NCBI GenBank assembly: GCA_016187485.1
Contig: JACPJO010000005.1
Coordinates: 226,385 to 290,384 of the forward strand
Direction: 5' to 3'
DNA from: Candidatus Uhrbacteria bacterium
GTDB taxonomy: Bacteria > Patescibacteriota > Patescibacteriia > UBA9934 > UBA10169
Length of the DNA: 64,000 nt
Made by a program: the position numbers and the translations under genes
Shown: piece by piece, positions 29,441 to 37,127 of the stretch
Position numbering within the stretch: the stretch's first letter is position 1
Layout: each line of letters opens with the position of its first letter
Notes under the pieces: model-generated
The model's input: only the letters and a program-made list of their open reading frames with translations
What the model was told of the DNA's origin: nothing
The model's database searches: none

Positions 29441-30264
29441 AAGAGATATTCATTCAATGCCTCTTGCCACAAACGTTGGAGTGGAAGTTTGATGCTCACA
29501 AGAGATGCGTCGTGTGGACGAGAAGCGGCTCGAGGAAACATCTTGCCAGAGACGGGCGAAATGTCAATCACCATATCCTTAAGACGAAAGATCTCTTTGG
29601 CAAACTCGTACCAACTGCACTTGCCGCTGTTGGCGGCATGGTAGAGGCCGGGAGGATATTTTTCGACGATCTCTCGCGTGGCACGTGCAAGGTCTAGCGC
29701 GTACGTCGGACTCGCAATTTCGTCATCCACGAGGTTAAGGTGATCTTTTTTTGAAGCGAGATCGAGCATCAAATCCACAAAACTTTTCTTGCCGCCTTCG
29801 CTCACGGCAGGCTTGCCAAAGAGTCGCGCAAGCCGAATGACATAGGCGCGTGCGCCTGACGCAAGCACGGCCTGTTCACCCTTGAGCTTGCTCGCACCGT
29901 AGACGGAGATCGGATGCGGCTCGTCCTCTTCCGAGTAGGATCCCTTCTCTCCATCGAAGACAAAATCCGTCCCGTAGTGCACAAACGTTGTATTAAGCTC
30001 TCGCGCAATCCGTGCAAGGTTCCCCGGCGCTTCGGCGTTGAGTTTATACGCGAGTTCCTTTCCTTCCTCCTCGGCACGATCGACATCGTTGTAAGCCACG
30101 GCATTCACGATCAAATCAGGAGCTAAGCTCCTGATTTTTTCTTCACTAACCGGAGTTAAAACATCGCACTCCTCCCGATCCCAAGCCGTAAGCTCGTGAT
30201 CGGCAAACGCCTTCACCAGTTCCTGCCCCAGCATCCCCTTCGCGCCGAGAATAAGTGTTTTCAT
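29437..30264 (-). CDS. rfbD: dTDP-4-dehydrorhamnose reductase
   Basis: GAKGMLG, AYNDVDRAE, TDFVFDG, YGASKL.GE. Confidence 0.93.
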   Translation of the reverse strand: MKTLILGAKGMLGQELVKAFADHELTAWDREECDVLTPVSEEKIRSLAPDLIVNAVAYNDVDRAEEEGKELAYKLNAEAPGNLARIARELNTTFVHYGTDFVFDGEKGSYSEEDEPHPISVYGASKLKGEQAVLASGARAYVIRLARLFGKPAVSEGGKKSFVDLMLDLASKKDHLNLVDDEIASPTYALDLARATREIVEKYPPGLYHAANSGKCSWYEFAKEIFRLKDMVIDISPVSGKMFPRAASRPHDASLVSIKLPLQRLWQEALNEYLL

Positions 30265-30309
30265 AACGCGCGTATCATAACGAACTGACTACTTTTCCAC
30301 AAACCACCA

Positions 30310-30338
30310 TTGACTTTTTGAGAAAAGTGTGATGAAAT
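30310..30338 (+). promoter_or_regulatory. Sigma70-type promoter of cassette 2
   Basis: TTGACT-17 nt-TGAAAT; spacer resembles the cassette 1 promoter. Confidence 0.75.
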
Positions 30339-30342
30339 ACTT

Positions 30343-30413
30343 CCGTCGATGAGGCGAAAGCCTACCTCGAGTGTCATACAAACTCCCCCTCAAAGGGAGT
30401 TTGTATTTGTTAT
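30343..30413 (+). ncRNA. Putative anti-tRNA leader/sRNA 2
   Basis: tcgatgaggc (30346-30355) and cctcgagtgtca (30365-30376) are complementary to tRNA-2. A GAAA-loop hairpin lies between them, followed by the 12-bp hairpin 30376-30406 and ttgtt. Confidence 0.7.
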
Positions 30414-30425
30414 CCAAGGACGTAC

Positions 30426-30501
30426 GGGACGGTGGAGGTAGTGGTAGCCTCATCGAATTTGACACTCGAGGGCACGGGTTCGATCCCCGTCCGTTCCACC
30501 A
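30426..30501 (+). tRNA. Atypical tRNA-like gene 2: Ala identity (G3·U70, A73), aberrant anticodon arm (TGA in the canonical register, GAC if shifted by 1 nt)
   Basis: GGGACGG TG GAGG TAGTGGTAG CCTC A TCGAA TTTGACA CTCGA GGGC ACGGG TTCGATC CCCGT CCGTTCC A CCA. Confidence 0.85.
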
Positions 30502-30525
30502 AACGTACAACCTTGGACTAGAGCG

Positions 30526-30550
30526 CCCCGCGTCCTCATGACGCGGGGTT
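30526..30550. terminator. Hairpin between tRNA-like gene 2 and the convergent rfbC
   Basis: ccccgcgtc-ctcat-gacgcgggg then tt. Confidence 0.7.
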
Positions 30551-30555
30551 GCTGT

Positions 30556-31110
30556 TTAAGAAAGATTGTTCAGAAATAGATGCTTGCGGTCGCGGTCAGA
30601 GATGATCGCTTCAGAAAGTGGGACCGGCCAGGGGATAGCAAGTGTTGGATCGGCGAGGTTGACGGCGGTTGCTGTTTTGTACGCCTCCTCGCTCCAGTGT
30701 TTGTTGACACTGTAGAGATAATACACCTCGTCGGTGAGACATTGGTACGAGTTTCCCACACCTTGTGGCACAAAGACGGCTTTGTTGTTGTCGAGTTCAA
30801 GCGTTACGACACGACCGAAAGCCTCGCCTTTGCGCAAGTCCACATACGCCACGAACACACGACCCGTCACCACAGAAACGTATTTGTCCCACGGTTCCGC
30901 ATGAATCCCTCGCGTGACGCCCTTCTTGTTGTACGCAAGCGAGTTCTGCACGACATGGAAACTCTCCGGCATTCCCGCCGCCACGAGCTTTTCTTTTTGA
31001 TACTTTTCCTGAAACCATCCACGCTCGTCTCCGACGGACGTTACGTCAAACACAATGAGTCCAGAAATCTCGGTCGTATGGCCCGTGACTTGGGTAGTTG
31101 GTACGCTCAT
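30556..31110 (-). CDS. rfbC: dTDP-4-dehydrorhamnose 3,5-epimerase
   Basis: GDERGWFQE, GVTRGIHAEPWDK, DLRKG, SDRD. Confidence 0.92.
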   Translation of the reverse strand: MSVPTTQVTGHTTEISGLIVFDVTSVGDERGWFQEKYQKEKLVAAGMPESFHVVQNSLAYNKKGVTRGIHAEPWDKYVSVVTGRVFVAYVDLRKGEAFGRVVTLELDNNKAVFVPQGVGNSYQCLTDEVYYLYSVNKHWSEEAYKTATAVNLADPTLAIPWPVPLSEAIISDRDRKHLFLNNLS

Positions 31111-32123
31111 ACCATGTGCCCTTTCGAGGCGTAGTTCTGTTTATAATATTCCAGGTAAGCACCCGATTTGAGCGGCTTCCACCACGCCTCATGCTCCCGA
31201 TACCACGCAATGGTTTTCTTCAACCCCTCTTCGAAATCCACCCGTGGCCTCCAACCAAGCTCTTGCGTAAGCCTTGTGTGATCCACGGCGTAACGCCAAT
31301 CGTGTCCCGGACGGTCTTTCACTCGTTCAATCATCTCCTCGCCGACTCCCATGAGCGCGAGGATCTTCTGTGTGAGCTCGATATTTGAAATGCGGTAATC
31401 CGTTCCGATGTTGTACACCGAGCCAGACGCCGCTTTTTCTATAATCATTTCAATCGCCGAACAGTGATCTTCTGTGAAAATCCATTCGCGTACATTACTG
31501 CCGTCGCCGTAGAGTGGCACTTTTTTGCCCTCAATAAGATTGGTGATAAAAAGTGGAATCACCTTTTCGGGATACTGGTTGGGACCATAGAAATTACAGG
31601 AGTGTGTGACAACCACTGGCGTGCCATACGTTTTGAAATAGGCGCTGCACAAATGATCCGCTCCCGCTTTTGCCGCCGAGTATGGCGAGCTTGGATCAAA
31701 GCGCGTTTCTTCCGTAAACAATCCGTCCACCGTCGAGCCGTACACTTCGTCTGTAGAGACTTGCACCATCTTTTTAATGCCGAACTTTTTTGTGGATTCA
31801 AGCAAATTGTACGTCCCAATAATCTCTGTGTACAAAAAAGCGGTTGGATCGAGAATCGATCGGTCCACATGGGTCTCGGCCGCGTAGTTCAAAATGACAT
31901 CCACACCCCCTCCAACAACCTCATCCACAATCTTTTGGTCGGCAATGTCTCCTTTTACAAAATGATAGCGCGTATTCCCATCAAGATCTCGAAGATTTTC
32001 CAGGTTACCGCAATAGGTAAGTTTATCAAGTACAACCACTTCGACGTTTTCCTGGCGACCCAACAGGTAATGCACCATGTTGGAGCCCATAAACCCTGCT
32101 CCGCCAGTAATGAGAACCTTCAT
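31107..32123 (-). CDS. rfbB: dTDP-glucose 4,6-dehydratase
   Basis: TGGAGFMGS, AAETHVDRSI, VSTDEVYG, PSSPYSAAKA, DRPGHD.RY. Confidence 0.95.
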   Translation of the reverse strand: MKVLITGGAGFMGSNMVHYLLGRQENVEVVVLDKLTYCGNLENLRDLDGNTRYHFVKGDIADQKIVDEVVGGGVDVILNYAAETHVDRSILDPTAFLYTEIIGTYNLLESTKKFGIKKMVQVSTDEVYGSTVDGLFTEETRFDPSSPYSAAKAGADHLCSAYFKTYGTPVVVTHSCNFYGPNQYPEKVIPLFITNLIEGKKVPLYGDGSNVREWIFTEDHCSAIEMIIEKAASGSVYNIGTDYRISNIELTQKILALMGVGEEMIERVKDRPGHDWRYAVDHTRLTQELGWRPRVDFEEGLKKTIAWYREHEAWWKPLKSGAYLEYYKQNYASKGHMV

Positions 32124-32163
32124 AAATCGGTACCAGGTACAAAATATGGATGACTCCCGCACC

Positions 32164-32712
32164 CTACCTCTTTTTAATCAATTTGAGAACATGCGGACGT
32201 GCGAGAGCCCACGCAGCGATAGTCAGACTGTCTTTCACGCGATTCGTTGTGATCGCACGATCCGCCTCCAGAACCGTGAGCCAGCATAAGCTGATCTGCT
32301 CCGTTTCGGTAAAGGTAGCTTCTTCTTGTGTCAATCCTGTCGCAAGAAAAACCTGCGCTTTCTCATCCGAAAGACCGTTGTTGGAGTAAAAATCTCTGAT
32401 TTTTTTGAGATGTCGCGCGGTAAGACCCGTCTCCTCCTTAAGCTCCGCCGCCGCTGTCTGACGAAACGTATCCGCTGGCTTCACTCCACCTCCCGGAAGC
32501 TCCAGACCGACCTTTTGAAAGAGATAACGATAATTGTTAATCCATGCGACCCTTCCCTCTGCATCTACCGCAACAATAAAAGCAACCCCGGGCGTATGCA
32601 TGTAATGAAACCGACCCTTCTTCCCGCTCGGCAACTCAAATCGATCGAGCCGATATTCCCACCATGGATTTTTCTTCACGACCTTCGTCGAAAGTGTTTT
32701 CCATTTTTTCAT
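32164..32712 (-). CDS. NUDIX hydrolase
   Basis: LELPGGG...AAAELKEETG. Confidence 0.88.
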   Translation of the reverse strand: MKKWKTLSTKVVKKNPWWEYRLDRFELPSGKKGRFHYMHTPGVAFIVAVDAEGRVAWINNYRYLFQKVGLELPGGGVKPADTFRQTAAAELKEETGLTARHLKKIRDFYSNNGLSDEKAQVFLATGLTQEEATFTETEQISLCWLTVLEADRAITTNRVKDSLTIAAWALARPHVLKLIKKR

Positions 32713-33110
32713 AACGCGGCACGGATGTTCTCGGCAAGAGTTGGCAAGTCAGGTTTGGGATCCATCTGTCCCCACAGCGCCTTTCCGTCACCTGCCTTGC
32801 GCGGAAGGATATGGAAATGCGTGTGCATCACCATTTGACCCGATACTTTGCCTGTATTGCACGTGAGATTAAATCCTTCCGCCCCAACGGCCTTCAAAAT
32901 TCCCGGAGTAATCTTTTGTACCGCCGCAACCGCAGCTTCCGCTTCGTGCGGTTCAAGACCAAGCATGTTTTCGGAGTGCTTTTTGGGAACGACAAGCGTG
33001 TGTCCGAGAACGCTTGGAAAAATATCGAGGAATACAACGACATGATCGTCCTCGTAGAGTTTGTGCGAGGGCAACTCGCCCGCAATAATTTGGCAAAAAA
33101 TACAAGGCAT
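32709..33110 (-). CDS. HIT family hydrolase
   Basis: CIFC, GHTLVVPKKH, HTHFHILPR. Confidence 0.93.
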   Translation of the reverse strand: MPCIFCQIIAGELPSHKLYEDDHVVVFLDIFPSVLGHTLVVPKKHSENMLGLEPHEAEAAVAAVQKITPGILKAVGAEGFNLTCNTGKVSGQMVMHTHFHILPRKAGDGKALWGQMDPKPDLPTLAENIRAAL

Positions 33111-33114
33111 ATAT

Positions 33115-33450
33115 TTAGGAGTTTGAAACGAGGAGAACCCGATAAGCAATGTAGGGGATGAGGGCGCTTAGGAAGGTGAAGAGAATCCGATACTCCTCAA
33201 GCGGACGGCCGAGGTTCCATGTGACGATCGTGGCCCCAAATCCGAAAAGAACGACGATGCCACGCTCGACTCCTGCATGCCGCTCGATAGGAATACCCTT
33301 TGCCGCGAGGACAATGTAGAGGGCGAGGCCGATCAACAAAAGCCAGTGCGCCGAGAGATAGTTGGATACAAGGCCCGGAAATGTCACGTCTAAAAAAACA
33401 AGCAAGAAATACATGGCGATGGAGAGCAGAAACGCAAAGCGGATATACAT
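33115..33450 (-). CDS. Hypothetical 4-TM membrane protein
   Basis: Hydrophobic portion of ORF 33115..33897, starting at MYIRF. Confidence 0.65.
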   Translation of the reverse strand: MYIRFAFLLSIAMYFLLVFLDVTFPGLVSNYLSAHWLLLIGLALYIVLAAKGIPIERHAGVERGIVVLFGFGATIVTWNLGRPLEEYRILFTFLSALIPYIAYRVLLVSNS

Positions 33451-33451
33451 A

Positions 33452-34915
33452 TCAAGGGCGCACAGCCTGCCATATGCGGCGCAAAGCCGTCGCAAGAGTG
33501 AGGGGGGTGCGCGATAAGGTCGCCTTGTAACTATGCACGTCAAGCGACCCCTGTGTATCGTAAATCCCAGGAAGCGAAAGCGCAAATTTCCACGCTCCGC
33601 GCATCTTCGCCAGCATCTGCGCATCAAATGTCGCTTGTGCCAACACAAGCCCGTCCCTTTCTTCCGGCGGTGTGTAGGTCGCCACGACGTAATTAATCCC
33701 GCGTGCATCAAGATGTGTATCCCATTCCAGACGGAGAGGTTCCGGATTGAAGAAAGATTCTGCGGAGAGAGCGAAATGCCCGGCGCCGCGAAGAAGGATG
33801 TCCCCCTTTGGAATGTCTGCCACCACCACGTTTGCCTCGCGCACGCGCACGCGCGCCTGCACAAACGGTTCCTCCACCGCCACAAGCATGCGCCCAAAGG
33901 TCACTTCCTGCACGCCCTCCGCATGTTGCGTTTCCAGACTCACATTTTTTGCGTCTGTCCACACGCGTGTTGCGCGCACACCCTCACGATACCCCACTTC
34001 ATCACCAAGAAAAATCTGATGCAAAAACACAAGCTTTTGTTGCGGCGTCGTGATACGACGGATAAAGATGTCTCGATTGGCTTTCCAGATAATTTTGTAC
34101 ACGCCATCGGGCACCTGTGCGCGCACGGATACCTCGCGAAGTGCACTCCCCTCTCCTCCGCTTCCCACATTCCCATCATCCCCGATAGCCTTAGCGGCCA
34201 CAAGCTCGTTTGATTGGTTGAACACAAGAAGTTCAATCGGGTCTTCCCCCTGCGTTCGGTTCATGTCGGTATAAGCAACAGTAAACCGAAGCTCCTCGCC
34301 AGAGATGTAGGTGAGCGCCTCGTGCGCTCCGCGAAGCGAGACAGAAAATGTCTGTGGTACAGACATGGGACGGTATCCCGATAATCGGAACGGGCGATCG
34401 AACCGATAATGATACGTCGCAATCTCTGAAAGCGGCGGCGGATTCACTAAAAAGTCCGCAAGGGAAGCGTAAACCCCCGTTCGATCGTAGAGGACGACAT
34501 CTCCCTCACGGCGCTCCGTCCAATCAAGTGCGTCAAGCAGTTTGTTTTCCAGAGGCTTCAGGGTGTACGCGTCGCTTTCTGGATTTACCAACCCGCCGAT
34601 TTCCACCACGGGAAGTTCCGTGGGTTTATAGGCCACTTGCACCTTCACCGTCTCAAAATCGGTTGGCGGAGCAAGCGTGATATACACGGGATCCCCAACA
34701 ACTGACTGGAACGACCGGCCGTCCTCGTCCACATATACCTCTTCGGTACGTTCGTCAGGCAACGGGCGACTCCAGAATGGTGACGACTTCCCCGTTTCTC
34801 TTTGGATAGTAAGCGTGCCCGTGGGAACAAGTTCACGAGAAAGAAGAAAACCGACAAGCCCCACAGCGGCCGCAAGAAGAACGCCTTGATAGAGACGATA
34901 GACAACCGTCTTCAT
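33452..34915 (-). CDS. Hypothetical membrane-anchored extracellular protein
   Basis: N-terminal TM segment, beta-rich body; ATGA overlap. Confidence 0.75.
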   Translation of the reverse strand: MKTVVYRLYQGVLLAAAVGLVGFLLSRELVPTGTLTIQRETGKSSPFWSRPLPDERTEEVYVDEDGRSFQSVVGDPVYITLAPPTDFETVKVQVAYKPTELPVVEIGGLVNPESDAYTLKPLENKLLDALDWTERREGDVVLYDRTGVYASLADFLVNPPPLSEIATYHYRFDRPFRLSGYRPMSVPQTFSVSLRGAHEALTYISGEELRFTVAYTDMNRTQGEDPIELLVFNQSNELVAAKAIGDDGNVGSGGEGSALREVSVRAQVPDGVYKIIWKANRDIFIRRITTPQQKLVFLHQIFLGDEVGYREGVRATRVWTDAKNVSLETQHAEGVQEVTFGRMLVAVEEPFVQARVRVREANVVVADIPKGDILLRGAGHFALSAESFFNPEPLRLEWDTHLDARGINYVVATYTPPEERDGLVLAQATFDAQMLAKMRGAWKFALSLPGIYDTQGSLDVHSYKATLSRTPLTLATALRRIWQAVRP

Positions 34916-36528
34916 AGCGACGCAAATTGATACAGCGTTTGATCTCCCATTGTCCAACGTTCCTCTGCTCGCAGACCACGAGGAGAAAGCAGTGTGCCGT
35001 TCAAGTACAAGAGGTCGTCTGCGGGAAGAGTGAGACCGAAGTAATACAGAGGTACGTCGCGCGTAACAAGAAGAGGGAGGACATCCAGAGTCGCCTCTCT
35101 GCGCAACGGCGTCACGACGCGGCGACGTGGAAAAAGAACTTTGTCCGCGCGGTCAACCACAATCACACTGTCCGCTTCCGTACGCGAGATAATTTCTGCG
35201 CGCACCTCTACGTTCTCCAAAAGTATGCGGCGCGTAGCTAATAGTCCATCGTCGGGGTGAAAGTAGACGATACGAATGGAGAAAAAAACAACAAGGAGAA
35301 TAAGTGCGGATGCCAGCATCCCGCGGCCGGTAGCATGGCGAACACGCGCCAGAAAACTATCCAGGGCAAGCGCGGCGGGGATCGTCATAGCAAACGAGAG
35401 CGGGAGCCAGTACCGTACATAGGAATTTGCCAGCGTCTCTGCTGTGGGGTCCGGCGTATCGGAAATATTCCACGAGCCGTAGAAGAGCACAAGATAGGTC
35501 CCGGCAAGAAGAGAGGCAAGCCCTATGGCACGCCCAGAGCGGGTAGCAAAAAGAGCGGGAAGACCGAGCAGAGCGAGAAGGGCAATCCACCACATCCGTT
35601 CAAATTGATACGTCGCAACCTTCCCGAGAGCCGCCTTCGGAGCGATCCCAAAGGGAAAAAGAACGCGTGTATCCTCGCTCTGAACAGACAACAGGCTACG
35701 AGAAACTGATAACGAGGAACTGGCAACGTTCGTTGCGTATCCCGTTCGGAGGGGCGAGCCAAAGGCAATCGTGTTCCAGAGAAAAAACGGGGCGGCGAAA
35801 AGAAGCACGCTCACAAAAAGCAGACTAATCTGTTTCCAAGAGAGGGCTCGGGGGAAAAAGAAAAGGAGGACGGCACCAACACCGGCAATCCATATCCCCT
35901 CGGAAGTGCGGAAAAAAAGGGCTGTGCCAAGAGCAGCCCCAGCAAAAAAGAGGTCTCGCCAGCATGGAGAGGGCCACGAAGAAACAACCCTCACAGAGCG
36001 GCGCGTTAATGGACGCTCCAAGAGAAAATAAAGTCCGATGATAAGGAGCGAGACGAACGGCACGCTTGGCATGAATAGGCGTGCGCTATAAAACAAGAAG
36101 CCTGGTAAAAGAAGAGCGATCCACCCTGCAAGCGTCCCCACGCGTTCCGACACAAACACACGGGCAACAATGCGACGCCACGCACAGAGCGCAAGCACAG
36201 CAAGAGCGGGCGTGATCCAGCCTACCATAGCAAACGGCAAAAGAGCGCCAAGAATGCCATACCACACGGGAAGCCCCATAAATCCTACCGGCAAAAGGCG
36301 GTCGCCCAAAGAGCGCATGCTTCGCGGCCCCAAAACTCCACCGACCGACGGATTTAGGAACTCTCGCTCCCAAAAGACACCCTCGTCGCGAAATCGCTCG
36401 ATCACGGTGGCAAAGGCGCGTTCATCCGGCGAGTTGTACATGTCCGGCACGCCCACCGACAAAATAAGGCTTGCAAAAAAGAAGAGAACGAGAGCCACAC
36501 GCCATACCCATCGCTCTTTACAGACCAT
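34912..36528 (-). CDS. GT-C-type (PMT_2/ArnT-like) membrane glycosyltransferase
   Basis: SPDE acidic motif after TM1; many TM helices; RYWLP. Confidence 0.7.
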   Translation of the reverse strand: MVCKERWVWRVALVLFFFASLILSVGVPDMYNSPDERAFATVIERFRDEGVFWEREFLNPSVGGVLGPRSMRSLGDRLLPVGFMGLPVWYGILGALLPFAMVGWITPALAVLALCAWRRIVARVFVSERVGTLAGWIALLLPGFLFYSARLFMPSVPFVSLLIIGLYFLLERPLTRRSVRVVSSWPSPCWRDLFFAGAALGTALFFRTSEGIWIAGVGAVLLFFFPRALSWKQISLLFVSVLLFAAPFFLWNTIAFGSPLRTGYATNVASSSLSVSRSLLSVQSEDTRVLFPFGIAPKAALGKVATYQFERMWWIALLALLGLPALFATRSGRAIGLASLLAGTYLVLFYGSWNISDTPDPTAETLANSYVRYWLPLSFAMTIPAALALDSFLARVRHATGRGMLASALILLVVFFSIRIVYFHPDDGLLATRRILLENVEVRAEIISRTEADSVIVVDRADKVLFPRRRVVTPLRREATLDVLPLLVTRDVPLYYFGLTLPADDLLYLNGTLLSPRGLRAEERWTMGDQTLYQFASL

Positions 36529-37093
36529 AGGTAAACAAACTGATGATCCCAAAAACAATCGCGAGCGATAACGTCCCCACCGAAACCGGAATAAACAAAT
36601 CCACCCCAAGCCACACGGCTACCAAAAGCGACATTACGCCGACCACTTGTAGAAACATCTTAATCTTCCCCCACACGTTTGCCGTCACCGCAATCCCCTG
36701 TCGCTTGCGGATAAGACCGCCCATGACAATGGTAAGCTCCACAAAAATGATGAGGAGGCCAAACAATATGTTAATATGTTGCATGACAATGAGCAGCACG
36801 ACCGAGCTGATAAGAAGTTTGTCGGCCACGGGGTCATAAAATGTGCCCCACGCCGTTATCTGCCTTCGGGTGCGGGCCAGTGTGCCGTCAAGAGCATCCG
36901 TGAAGGCCGCAAACAAAAAGAGCGGCACGCCGACACGATAACTTTCTTCCGCTAAGAGCCACAGCACAAGCGGCGTCAAGGTCATGCGTAGAACGGTAAG
37001 GTGGTTCGGCCGGAGCCACAAGGGAAAAAGGTCTGTGAGCACGCGTAAGAGGTGGTCGAACGGATAGAGCTTAAGCGGATCGCGGTCCTTCAT
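36518..37093 (-). CDS. CDP-alcohol phosphatidyltransferase (PgsA-like)
   Basis: PNHLTVLR, TDALDGTLAR...G.FYDPVADK. Confidence 0.92.
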   Translation of the reverse strand: MKDRDPLKLYPFDHLLRVLTDLFPLWLRPNHLTVLRMTLTPLVLWLLAEESYRVGVPLFLFAAFTDALDGTLARTRRQITAWGTFYDPVADKLLISSVVLLIVMQHINILFGLLIIFVELTIVMGGLIRKRQGIAVTANVWGKIKMFLQVVGVMSLLVAVWLGVDLFIPVSVGTLSLAIVFGIISLFTYGL

Positions 37094-37127
37094 AAGAAGC
37101 ACAGTTTTGGGATACAATAGCCTGCAT

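Noticed and set aside
30343..30413. T-box riboswitch or group I intron remnant
   Set aside because: The leader is too short, lacks the TGGNACC antiterminator bulge and intron core motifs, and pairs with 10-13 nt stretches rather than a 3-nt specifier.
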